Part shown: in pieces, positions 19,926-29,856 of the stretch
How positions within the stretch are numbered: the first letter of the stretch is position 1
Layout of the letters: each line of letters opens with the position of its first letter
IMG/VR virus record: IMGVR_UViG_3300012983_000035
Location: 32,001 to 96,000 of that record
Direction: 5' to 3' (one strand)
Length of the DNA stretch: 64,000 bases
Source: a virus
Taxonomy: Duplodnaviria; Caudoviricetes
Notes under the pieces: generated by a model
Seen by the model: only the letters and a program-made list of their open reading frames with translations
Told to the model about the DNA's origin: nothing
Database searches by the model: none
Translations under genes and position numbers: made by a program

Positions 19926-22900
19926 ATGATTGTTATAAAACGAGATGGTAGTAAATCTGAGTTTGATAAAGAAAAGATATTTACTGCTATATCTAAAGCG
20001 AACGATTCGATTACAAAGAAAGCAAACAAGATCACTAAAAAAGAAATAGAAGAAATAACGGATGAGATTGCTAAAGCTTGTGAAGATATTAAATCTGATA
20101 AAAATCGAACTGTAGAAGCAATCCAAGATCTTGTTGAAGAAAAGCTAATTGAACGACAAAAGGTTAAATTAGCTAGAAATTATATTGCTTATAGGGAAGA
20201 AAGAACAAGGATTCGTAATAGAAGTAATACCCTATATAAAGACGTATTTTCTAAAGCATTTGCTAAAAATATTGAAAATCAAAATGCAAATGTTGATGAA
20301 GCATCTTTTGGTGGAAGAAAAGGTGAAGCTGCTAACGTAATGCTTAAACGTTTAGCTTTAGATGAAGTTATATCTGAGAAATATAGAAAGAATCATGAAG
20401 AAAATCGTATTTATATTCATGATCTAGATTCTTATCTTCTTGGCATGAGCAATTGTTTAAGCGTTCCATTTGATAAGATTCTTGCTAATGGTTTTAATAC
20501 TAGACAGACAGATGTTAGACCTGCTAGCAGTATAAGTACAGCTTTCCAACTTGTAGCGGTAATCTTCCAATTACAATCTTTACAACAATTCGGTAAACCA
20601 AAGAGTATCTGCCGAATCAAAACCTTGTGAACTCACAAATGTGAGGTGTTTCTTTATGTAAATAGAGAAGCTAACGGTCAACTAAATCGAAAGATTAAGG
20701 TGGTAAGAGAGCCTAAGTCCTATTTATAGGATACGGTAATACCGTGTTAAGAAGATATACTATTATTCTCTTAATGTATCGACTATCGAAAGCATAGCTA
20801 AGAAGAAATATCTTAGTGAAGAAGCGAGTAGAGTACACGATTAGATGAAACTCCTACGTGGAAGTGCAAGGATGTATATGTGTTTATATACATAAGATAT
20901 AGTCAGGCTTTATAGAAATATAAAGGATAGAACTGGGATGTTCTGCTACACACCTTGACACAACTATGGTTCCGTATGTAAGAAAAAGTTTTTTCAAACA
21001 TTACATGACTGTTATGGATATTGTTCCATTTGTTAAAGAATCGTGGTTGGATAAAAGCGTTAATAAAAACTCATCAAAAGATATATCTATTGATGATGAA
21101 ATATATAAAGGTAAAAAATGGTTTAACTTTATCAAACGATATGTTTGGAATAAAGCAATGAAATTGACTGTAAGGGAATTGAACCAAGCTATTGAGGGAA
21201 TGTATCATAACCTTAATACCTTACAGTCGCGTTCTGGTGCGTTTAATCGCCTAGTAGCATAGAGATATGTTACCGTAAACGGGCAAAATCGGTGAAGTCT
21301 AAGTGATTTTATATCATATGATAATACCGAGGTAACTTGAGATATTGCGAATAGGATCTTAAGTACCGTAGAGCGTAGGAGATGAATAAATATAATTCTC
21401 CCAAGAGTGTCCGTCACCAGATATTATAGATATCTGTGAGTTGGAATGATTACCAACAATACCTAACGTTAAACGAGGGTGAAAATGTACGCCGAGCTTA
21501 TAGGAAACTATAAGAACTAGAGGATAAAAAGCCTTTAGGATAACAAATCTGAATCAGTTGCCTTTTACTTCAATTAACTATGGTCTCTGTACTTTAACAG
21601 AAGGACGCATGGTTACAAAAGCTCTCTTAGAGGGCAGTTTAAAAGGTGTTGGTAAATTCCATAAAACACCTATCTTCCCTTGTGGAATATTCCAATATAA
21701 ACAAGGGGTAAATGATAAACCTGGTACTCCTAATTATGATTTAAAGAAACTTGCTATCAAATCTACTGTTAGACGTTTGTATCCCAATTACGCAAACTGT
21801 GATTGGTCTGTAAACGATTCTGCTATTGATTATGATAGAGTTACAAAAAGAGAAATCATTAGGAATATTAGAGATAATGATAAAGATACATATGATAAAC
21901 TTGTAAAATTCTTTACTGAACATTACGACATTTGTAAATATCTTCGTCTTGAATTAGTTGATAGTGGAACTGAAATTGGAATAATCGATGAAGTTCAACC
22001 TGATGAAGACATGGGAACCATAAAACCTGTGGCCTAGAACAGTGATGTTCTATGGAAAAACTTGCCTAAACATGGGAACGCTTGTGTTATTTACGTTCGA
22101 ACACAAGTCAATCGTGTGTTAAATTTGATATCGTATTAAAATAAAATGTCTCCTTGACGTATTTGTAGAAGGGGATGTATATTATGAAAGAAGAGATATG
22201 GAAATCTGTTAAGAACCATGAAGATTACTATGAAGTTAGTTCAGATGGGCGAGTTCGTAGTAAAATTAGTGGTAAGATCGTTGTTGGAGATGTAAATGCG
22301 GTCGGTTATAAACGAGTCACTTTATATGTGCCGAAAAAAGAAAGAGTGTTTGTTCATAGATTAGTAGCATCGCATTTTGTAGAAGGTGAAAATGATGGGT
22401 TAGTTGTGAATCACGTTGATGGTTGTAAAACTAATAATTCTGCTGAAAACCTTGAATGGGTTACTAGATCTGAAAACGATAAACACGCGTTTCGTCTTGG
22501 TTTAAGACACCCTAATCCACCAGAATATAAACATAAATACATTTTATATTCAAGAGATACAGGTGAGGTCTTAACACATTATACAACATCCATAGATTCA
22601 GCAACAGATTTGAATGTGACTAGATCTAGAGTTTATAACAGAGCCAATAAAGATCAGAAATTTGGACCTAATGGTAATTTAGGTTTGATATTAGAAACTG
22701 ATAAGACTATTGATGATCTTATAAATTCTGGAATTCTTAAATCTGAAACTGAACCGGTTACTCCATACGATATTAATAAAAACTAAACGACTATCGAAAG
22801 CATAGCTAAGAAGAAATATCTTAATGAAGAAGCGAGTAGAGTAGAATCAAGTGATTCGAAACGGCAAGGGTCTCACAGAGGTTAATACAATGTGAGATCG

Positions 22901-24381
22901 TGATATAGTCTAACCTGGATAGTGATATCCAGAATAGTTACAATTTGTGACTTAACGTAAGTGTAACGAGCTTGCGGAATAACTCTGAAGAAGGGGTTGT
23001 AGAACGTATAATGGAGCAGATGTTAATTTTAGTAAATCTTTCGAATACAATTTGGAATTGGCAGCTAGTGGAGAAACAGATTTATCAAAATATGACGATT
23101 GTGTTTCAGCTGCGTTGAAAGATGGGCGAGGAAATATTGCCCCTAATACAATAATTTTACCTACCGCAGCAATGGAATGTAAAACAGGTAAAATCAAGTT
23201 ATCGGACGATCTTATCGAAAACTTTATGTTATATCTTGATCAATTGATTCATGAAGCAAAAGATGAATTGATTGAACGATTTGAATATATTTGTTCACAA
23301 TCAGAAGCAGCAGCAAAGTTTATGTATGAGAATAGAACTTTCGTAGGATATATTCCTAGTGAGGGTATAAGATCTGCATTACGACATGGGACTTTGGTTA
23401 TTGGACAAATTGGTTTAGCTGAGACTTTAAATATTCTTATTGGAAAAGATCACACTACTTCTGAAGGAATGGAATTAGCTAAACGAATTGAGAACCTTTA
23501 TAAGAAAAGATGTGCTCAATTTAAAACAGAGTATAGCTTAAACTTTGGTGTGTATTATACGCCTAAAATCTGTGGGCGTCATATGAGTAATCATATGTAT
23601 AAAACTACGTTAAACGGGCTGAATGTAATAAATTGGTAAGAAAGGCTAAACTTTAATAAAAGCAAGCTAACCCCGTAGGATAGAACAATATGAGTTCTGT
23701 TCTCTAACGACTATCGAAAGCATAGCTAAGAAGAAATATCTTAGTGAAGAAGCGAGTAGAGTAGAATCAAGTGATTCGAAACGCGTAGCTCCAATAGATT
23801 AGTAACAGATTTATTGGATGATTATATAGTCTAATCCTCTTTTAAATATCGGGAAACCGAAGGTATAATAAAAGGCAGAAAATCTATGCTATACATCTAT
23901 GACCAAGTTTAAGAAAGCTTATGGTGAGATTGAAAATGTAAGCGATAGAAAATACTTTACAAATAGTATGCATGTTCCAGTATGGAAACAAATGTCACCT
24001 TTTAATAAGATTGACATTGAATCTGAATTAACAGGTTATTCTTCTGGTGGATGTATAACTTATGTAGAGGTTGATGAAAACGCTGCTAGAAACGAAACAG
24101 TTGTTGAACAAATTATCGATTACGAAATGAAAGAAAAGGATATCCCATATGCCGCTGTGAATTTGCCTAATAAGACTTGTAGAAAATGTGGTTATTCAGG
24201 TAAAATGGCAGGTGTAAATGGTGATGTTTGTCCTACATGTGGATCTAGTGAGATCGATGAATTAGGACGTATCACAGGTTATTTATTTGGAACGGTTAAC
24301 CAAGCTAACGCAGGTAAACAAGATGAATTTAAAGATCGTGTAGATCATACTGATTCATTGGTTGGATGGGCTAGACATTAA
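19926..24381 (+). CDS. nrdD: Anaerobic (class III) ribonucleotide reductase, spliced: join(19926..20594,20936..21238,21552..22021,22994..23564,23875..24381), 839 aa
   Basis: ATP cone VIKRDG; splicing restores QQFG|GCSATHLD, SRSG|NQLPFTS, GT(M)GCRT, YYTP|AENLC; C-terminal CxxC..CxxC and glycyl-radical RITGYL. Confidence 0.95.
20595..20935 (+). mobile_element. Group I intron 1 in nrdD (341 nt, no ORF)
   Basis: Exon ends in U, P1 TTCGGT/GCCGAA, P7 GACTA...TAGTC, terminal G, frame restored. Confidence 0.92.
21239..21551 (+). mobile_element. Group I intron 2 in nrdD (313 nt, no ORF)
   Basis: Exon ends GGT, AAATCGGTGAA/AATACCGAG P4-like pairing, variant P7 GCGTA/TACGC, terminal G, frame restored. 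Confidence 0.9.
22022..22993 (+). mobile_element. Group I intron 3 in nrdD (972 nt) with homing endonuclease
   Basis: P1 CCAT/GTGG, splits the ATG codon of the MGCR motif, P7 GACTA...TAGTC, terminal G. Confidence 0.92.
22184..22786 (+). CDS. Intron-encoded NUMOD4-HNH homing endonuclease
   Basis: EIWKSV...YEVSSDGRVRS (NUMOD4); VHRLVASHF...VNHVDGCKTNNSAENLEWVTRSENDKHA (HNH). Confidence 0.93.
   Translation: MKEEIWKSVKNHEDYYEVSSDGRVRSKISGKIVVGDVNAVGYKRVTLYVPKKERVFVHRLVASHFVEGENDGLVVNHVDGCKTNNSAENLEWVTRSENDKHAFRLGLRHPNPPEYKHKYILYSRDTGEVLTHYTTSIDSATDLNVTRSRVYNRANKDQKFGPNGNLGLILETDKTIDDLINSGILKSETEPVTPYDINKN
23565..23874 (+). mobile_element. Group I intron 4 in nrdD (310 nt, no ORF)
   Basis: P1 ACGCCT/GGGCGT, P7 GACTA...TAGTC, terminal G, restores TPAENLC. 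Confidence 0.92.
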
Positions 24382-24387
24382 ATAACA

Positions 24388-24424
24388 TAAACCTCTCCTA
24401 GATAAAACTAGGAGAGGTTATTTT
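24388..24424 (+). terminator. Terminator after nrdD
   Basis: AACCTCTCCTAG-ataaaa-CTAGGAGAGGTT then ATTTT. Confidence 0.85.
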
Positions 24425-24446
24425 CACTATTTTAAAAGGAGATTAC

Positions 24447-24866
24447 ATGAAAAAGTTATTTGCATCGTTGGTTGTTATTATTTTAGTAACATTTACTGTT
24501 ACTTCACAATCTTTAAGAAACCCACAATTTTTAAATTCTGTCTCAGATAGAGTTCAACAGGATGGAAACAAATCTGTTATAAAAAATTTCAATTATACGG
24601 ATATTAATGAAACTTTAGTAGACGCTGAGATTGTATTTTATGAAGATTATAATTCTGCTATATTTAGATTTATAATTCCTAAGACAATGAAATATGATGA
24701 AGGTGATATTGAGGTTATGTTTAAACATCTTGTGGAAACTTGGATTGAAGATCAAGAACACAGATATTATACATATACTGTCACTAATAGAAAATCATTT
24801 TTTAGTAGAAAGGACAAAGATGGAAACAAAGTTACAATTAGAGAATTCAAAGTGTACTTTGGATGA
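24447..24866 (+). CDS. Exported protein (139 aa) lying between nrdD and nrdG
   Basis: AGGAG SD; classic signal peptide MKKLFASLVVIILVTFTVTS-Q. Confidence 0.8.
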   Translation: MKKLFASLVVIILVTFTVTSQSLRNPQFLNSVSDRVQQDGNKSVIKNFNYTDINETLVDAEIVFYEDYNSAIFRFIIPKTMKYDEGDIEVMFKHLVETWIEDQEHRYYTYTVTNRKSFFSRKDKDGNKVTIREFKVYFG

Positions 24867-24879
24867 TAAAATTAAAAAT

Positions 24880-25491
24880 ATGAGATATGCTGGTATTATT
24901 GTTGATGATATAGTTGATTCGTTTAATGGTATCAGTTTATCTTTTTGGACACAAGGTTGTCCATTTCATTGTAAAGGTTGTCATAATCCACAAACTTGGG
25001 ATCCATCTGGAGGATTACCTATCCCAGAAGATATCGATGAGTTTATTAAAGATAAACTTCATGCTAATGGGATAATTAGAAATTTTTCTATTCTTGGTGG
25101 AGAACCGCTATATGATGATAATGTCAAATTAGTTAGACATCTAGTAGAATTAGTGTCAAAGTTTTCTCCTAGTTCTAAGATTTATCTTTGGACAGGATAT
25201 AAGATTGAAGATCTTATTGATAGAGCTGTTCATGAACGAGAGTTTGATTCTAATGATGATTTGTACGTAGTTTTATCTAAAGTAAATTATCTTATAGATG
25301 GACAATATGAAGAAGAGAATAGAGATACTATAAATTTGATGTTAAGAGGTTCGTCTAATCAACGCATTTTTGAACGTTATGATAGAAAGATTTTAAAATA
25401 CTTTACTGTTTGTGATTTTTATTATAAAGATATAACTAAAGAAGTTGACAACTCGAATAAAATTAGATTCAATATTAAATGTACAAGATGA
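24880..25491 (+). CDS. nrdG: Anaerobic RNR activating protein (radical SAM)
   Basis: MRYAGI..DD, GCPFHCKGCHNP (CxxxCxxC), LGGEPL, IDGQY, LRGSSNQRI. Confidence 0.95.
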   Translation: MRYAGIIVDDIVDSFNGISLSFWTQGCPFHCKGCHNPQTWDPSGGLPIPEDIDEFIKDKLHANGIIRNFSILGGEPLYDDNVKLVRHLVELVSKFSPSSKIYLWTGYKIEDLIDRAVHEREFDSNDDLYVVLSKVNYLIDGQYEEENRDTINLMLRGSSNQRIFERYDRKILKYFTVCDFYYKDITKEVDNSNKIRFNIKCTR

Positions 25492-25623
25492 TTTTTAGTT
25501 ATTTGGGATAATTGATTGTATATTATAATTGTGTATGGGAGGACACTATGAACAATTCAAGTTGAATAAACTCTTTAAATTCCAATTATATTAATACAAT
25601 TGATTATTTAAGGAGATTAAAAC

Positions 25624-26178
25624 ATGTTGTGTGGAAATGAAAAATTATTGGTTGAGATTGTTGAAGATGGATATTTTAAATCTATGACATTGGATGATGC
25701 TTATGAATTTGTTAAGCAAGGTAAAACAATAAATGTTCAGATTTATAATATATGGAAAAGAACAAAACTGACTTTAGTAGATAAAAGTGCTTTGTATAAA
25801 AATAAAAAGACATTTTGTAAAATCGTAATAGCAGTTAGTAAAAATGTCCACTATATTGAAAAAGACAGTGAAATTCCATCTTATTTTGAAGATGGAACTA
25901 TCGTGTTCATTAAATCTCAACGAATACGTAAAAACACACCGATATTGTTTAACCCTACTACAATGTGGTTAGACAGAAAAGATATTGCTAGTTGTTACGC
26001 TGAATCTGTTGAAAAAGTAAATGTTGATGACATTGATGCTAACTTTTATAAACTTGAAGTAGCTGATGTTGGAAAATTATACTTGGATAATTCGTATATT
26101 GAATTGTCAGATGGATTCTTGATTAAATCTGATGGTACATTTGAATTTGAACCTGAAGATGAAGAAATGACTGCATAA
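25624..26178 (+). CDS. Stand-alone Hint (intein-like) domain protein, apparently splicing-inactive
   Basis: AAGGAG SD; intein-like block A (LCGNEKLLV), F-like (FYKLEV) and G-like (YIELSDGFLIKS) lacking Cys1 and terminal His-Asn. Confidence 0.55.
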   Translation: MLCGNEKLLVEIVEDGYFKSMTLDDAYEFVKQGKTINVQIYNIWKRTKLTLVDKSALYKNKKTFCKIVIAVSKNVHYIEKDSEIPSYFEDGTIVFIKSQRIRKNTPILFNPTTMWLDRKDIASCYAESVEKVNVDDIDANFYKLEVADVGKLYLDNSYIELSDGFLIKSDGTFEFEPEDEEMTA

Positions 26179-26190
26179 AAAATAAAATAG

Positions 26191-26220
26191 ATAACCCGGA
26201 TTTGTCCGGGTTATTTTTTA
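26191..26220 (+). terminator. Intrinsic terminator
   Basis: ATAACCCGGA-tttg-TCCGGGTTAT TTTTT. Confidence 0.88.
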
Positions 26221-26315
26221 TAAAATAATAATTACATGTACATTATATTGATTAGAATTTGTTAGTATATGATTTTTTATTTAAACTAAAATATCATGTA
26301 TATATTCTAATTATG

Positions 26316-26446
26316 AATAAAGTGGTGAATTGTGGATAATACAACCCCTCCCACCCAATCTATAATTTCACATACTTTATTAGTCAGAACAAGCATAAGT
26401 GTAATTCTGGATGTTTACATTTATAAAGCTTGTTCTGATATTTTTT
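26316..26446 (+). ncRNA. Candidate sRNA: long hairpin with C-rich (anti-SD-like) loop plus terminator hairpin
   Basis: 26316-26337 pairs with 26358-26381, loop contains CCCCTCCCACCC; TCAGAACAAGC/GCTTGTTCTGA hairpin + T6. Confidence 0.5.
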
Positions 26447-26555
26447 GCGAACGTTGCGTTGGTGCAATATGTGTGTTTCGGATTCATATCGTAGATGTAC
26501 GAATTTATCCACATTATAAAATGCTATATAGAAAGTTCGAATCTTTCCGTTCGCG
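26447..26555 (+). ncRNA. tRNA-like element (109 nt) with extended anticodon arm
   Basis: Acceptor GCGAACG/CGTTCGC, D-like TTGC-GTTGGT-GCAA, T arm GAAAG-TTCGAAT-CTTTC; no canonical 7-nt anticodon loop, no CCA. Confidence 0.55.
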
Positions 26556-26825
26556 TGTCTAAAAACAACGTTAATTGTAAACAGTAATAAGTATATTTGT
26601 ATACGTCCTAATTATATTTATGAAGTATCATCAGATATAATTTCTTGGACATTGTATAATTCCGATATATCTTATTAAAAATGTCATATATGTTAGTTTT
26701 TAGAAAAGTCTTGTCTTACTATAAGACTGTTGGTATTGAGGAAGTTTAAGTCGTATTTTCGATTTATTCTTCCTCAATATTCAATCATGGTCTTTTTTTT
26801 GTTTAAAAAATGAAGGGTTAATGAT

Positions 26826-27575
26826 ATGGGTAAGTTTTATATAAAGCCTAGTGATGAGAGTGAAAATGGCGTTGTTAAACTAGAATATGATAAAAATAAT
26901 ATTATTCATTTGGATGATATTCCTGATATCGATTTTGATATGAAGATGACATCAGTTAATGAAAAATATTACAAGTATGTAACAAAGATGTGTCGACATA
27001 CACCAGAATATAGAGATTTTATTCAGTTTATGAAACATAACTTGAATGTAGATCATTGTTCATTTTATGAAGGATATTCTATTAAGAATGGTTTCACAAT
27101 TGAATTACATCACGCTCCATTTACATTGTATGATTATGTGGAAGCCTGCTGTACAAAATCTATGTATAGAAATGGGTGGGTTGAAACATTTAAGATATGT
27201 GAAGAAGTAATAGCTCTACATTATAGATTTATGGTTGGTTTGACTCCTCTTAATCCAACAGCTCACAAATTAGTGCACTCAGATGTACTTCCTGTACATC
27301 CTAAGATTGTAATTGGTGATTGGAAATCTTTTTATGGAGAATATAGTGCTTGGTTGAGCGAATCCGCTATAAAGAAATATGAAGATGCTGTCGCTATGGA
27401 GAAAAAGACTGAGGTTCCTGGTGTTCCTAAAATATTAGAATATGCTCCTACTATTCTTAAGACTAATCTACCTAGACTTACGGAAAAAGATTTGGATAAG
27501 ATGGTTATTGAAAACAAGATAAAGATGTTAGAAGCTAACCAACAGAAATTACAGGAGGATAAAAATGGTATTTAA
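26826..27575 (+). CDS. Jumbo-phage HNH-like protein (paralog of 34732-35421)
   Basis: R..EY..(F/Y)I..(M/L)K...C....IE(L/M)HH.P.FTLYD...L...AHK.VH shared by both paralogs. Confidence 0.65.
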   Translation: MGKFYIKPSDESENGVVKLEYDKNNIIHLDDIPDIDFDMKMTSVNEKYYKYVTKMCRHTPEYRDFIQFMKHNLNVDHCSFYEGYSIKNGFTIELHHAPFTLYDYVEACCTKSMYRNGWVETFKICEEVIALHYRFMVGLTPLNPTAHKLVHSDVLPVHPKIVIGDWKSFYGEYSAWLSESAIKKYEDAVAMEKKTEVPGVPKILEYAPTILKTNLPRLTEKDLDKMVIENKIKMLEANQQKLQEDKNGI

Positions 27576-28194
27576 TATTATTATTTTAACATTGGTTATT
27601 TTATTAGCAGTTGCTATGTTTTTCATTTATATAAAGATGCCAAAACAAATAGTTAGTAAAAAGACTGTATTTGATGATACAAAAGATTATTTACATGTGA
27701 TAAATTCGTTTATAAGAAATGAATTTTTATTTGAATTGAAAAAATGGATAATGCAGTCTAAATCTGTGACCAATGTGGCTAATGGTGAAAATAAATTCTA
27801 CACAGAATTAACTGATGATGAAATTTTACAACAAAAATTATCAAAAATAACTGCGTTAATTATAACTAAGATGTCATCAGATGTTAAAAATGCTTTTTAT
27901 AGATTATATTCTACTAGTTTTTCGTATTATGGTTCTGATGACGATGAACCTACTACCGATAAAGATACTTTGTATATTTACGTTGCAAGATTGCTTGCAT
28001 TATATGTAAGTAGAATAGTTACTGAATTAACCACTTTAATGACAAAATTCCCAGATATCTCACAAAGTGAAATAATGAGCGATTACATTATAGAAATTAA
28101 TAATGAACTCTACATCTATAATGAGACATATGTAATAAATTTAAACACAGTAGATGAAAATAACTTCACACAAAAAACACAACATATGTCTTAG
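27565..28194 (+). CDS. Membrane-anchored hypothetical protein
   Basis: GGAGG SD; N-terminal TM helix. Confidence 0.75.
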   Translation: MVFNIIILTLVILLAVAMFFIYIKMPKQIVSKKTVFDDTKDYLHVINSFIRNEFLFELKKWIMQSKSVTNVANGENKFYTELTDDEILQQKLSKITALIITKMSSDVKNAFYRLYSTSFSYYGSDDDEPTTDKDTLYIYVARLLALYVSRIVTELTTLMTKFPDISQSEIMSDYIIEINNELYIYNETYVINLNTVDENNFTQKTQHMS

Positions 28195-28227
28195 ACTTGG
28201 ATTTATTAATTAAGGAGAAAAATATAA

Positions 28228-29787
28228 ATGGTTAATGGAACTATAGGAAGTAAATTGATGAATCGCCTTTTTAAAATGGGTGATCCTTTGGGAGGAGATA
28301 ATGAGTTTATCCAATTCCCAGCTATACCGACAAAATATACTGTGTATAATGTATATTCTGGAACAATGGTAGAAGGCGTAAATGGAATGCCAGTTTTAAA
28401 TGGTGGTCTGTTTGCACGATTATGCAATATTATCGGTGAATCTGGGTGTGGTAAAACTTCTGTTTTGATTGGTAAAGTTACATCATCTGTTGATTATATT
28501 TGGAACAGATTTGGTCCAGGATATTCAGAAATATTTTACTGTGATCCTGAGAATAATACTCCTCCAAACCGTTTTATGAGTTTGGCTAGATGGTCTCCAG
28601 CAGATTTTATGAATAAATGTAATTATTCTAATAAACCTATTTCGTTGGTAGAACTAGCTAATATGATTTTAAAGATATATAATATTAAAACTACATGTAA
28701 GAAAGATTATCTTTTGCCATCTGGATTACGTGATGTTGATGGTAGAGAAATCATGTTCTTGGCACCAACTTACATCTGTATAGACTCAGTTGCACAGGTA
28801 AATCCAAATGGTGTAGAAGATCTATTACAGTTGGATAAGGCAGGGGAAGTTAAAGATAACGATAAACTTGGTTCCAATATGGAAGCTGCATTAGATGCTA
28901 AAGCTTGGACTATCTTCGTTAGAAAAATTAAACCTTACCTTGATGGTGCAAATATTGGTCTTTATTGTATCAATCATAAAACAAAAGAAATGAAAGTAGG
29001 AATGTTTGATAAAGAAACTCGATATCTTCCGTTCTTAGGTATGGGTGAGAAGATTAAAGGTGGAAAAGAATTTATTTATCAGTCATTCAATATCTTTGAT
29101 CTATCGTCTGGTGAAAAACTTAATGATAGAAACCCAATATATGGTCCAGATGTAAACGGATTCGTAGCAAATGCTTCTTTTGTTAAAAATAAATATAATA
29201 TCGAAGGAGCAAAATTCCCTATGGTATTTGACATGTCAAGAGGCTATATGCCAGAATTATCTGACATGGAATATTTGTGGCAGAAGAAGTTCGGAATCCA
29301 AGGTTCAGTTAAACTAGCTTTGGACGTTTTACCTGAGATCCAGTTTACTAGACGTACACTTCTTGAAACTATTGAGGAATATCCTCAGTTGGCAAGAGCA
29401 TTAGCATTTACTGCTAAATATCGAGCAACCCAAGAAATGATTTATGGTAATAAAAACATTTTACCATTGACTGAGCTTGGAACAAATGTTCCGCTTGAAC
29501 AGCGTTTAGCTATGATTTATGCTTATACTGAATCATATTCGCCAAAAGACGATGTTGGAGAAATGTATACAAATTTCTCACAACTGGCAAATGAAAATAA
29601 ACATTATTTCTGTTTCAATTTGCATGATGGATATTATAACAACAATATTATTTCTGAACCAAACGTTAAGGTCATCAGTAATGGATACACACCTATTATT
29701 GGTAAAGGTGTTACACCTTTTGATAATGATGCTGAAAAAGTAGTTGGTTCAAAATATGTTATAGCTAATGAATATATAACTGCGTAA
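28228..29787 (+). CDS. uvsX: RecA/UvsX-like recombinase
   Basis: Walker A GESGCGKTS, D-P-E catalytic region, Walker B ICIDS, INH, GGK. Confidence 0.85.
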   Translation: MVNGTIGSKLMNRLFKMGDPLGGDNEFIQFPAIPTKYTVYNVYSGTMVEGVNGMPVLNGGLFARLCNIIGESGCGKTSVLIGKVTSSVDYIWNRFGPGYSEIFYCDPENNTPPNRFMSLARWSPADFMNKCNYSNKPISLVELANMILKIYNIKTTCKKDYLLPSGLRDVDGREIMFLAPTYICIDSVAQVNPNGVEDLLQLDKAGEVKDNDKLGSNMEAALDAKAWTIFVRKIKPYLDGANIGLYCINHKTKEMKVGMFDKETRYLPFLGMGEKIKGGKEFIYQSFNIFDLSSGEKLNDRNPIYGPDVNGFVANASFVKNKYNIEGAKFPMVFDMSRGYMPELSDMEYLWQKKFGIQGSVKLALDVLPEIQFTRRTLLETIEEYPQLARALAFTAKYRATQEMIYGNKNILPLTELGTNVPLEQRLAMIYAYTESYSPKDDVGEMYTNFSQLANENKHYFCFNLHDGYYNNNIISEPNVKVISNGYTPIIGKGVTPFDNDAEKVVGSKYVIANEYITA

Positions 29788-29856
29788 ATTTGAAATTGAA
29801 ATATAATATGTACCTTGGATAAAACCAAGGTACATATTTTTATAGGAGGAACAACT

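Noticed and set aside
19926-24381. nrdD as pseudogene or stop-codon-recoded gene
   Set aside because: Breaks are fully explained by group I introns; TAA, TAG and TGA all act as normal stops elsewhere in the window
24694-24879. N-terminal extension of NrdG in ORF track
   Set aside because: Overlaps the upstream gene; family-typical start MRYAGI is at 24880
26332-26562. 76-aa ORF in the structured region
   Set aside because: GTG start without SD, overlaps hairpins and tRNA-like element; better explained as ncRNA
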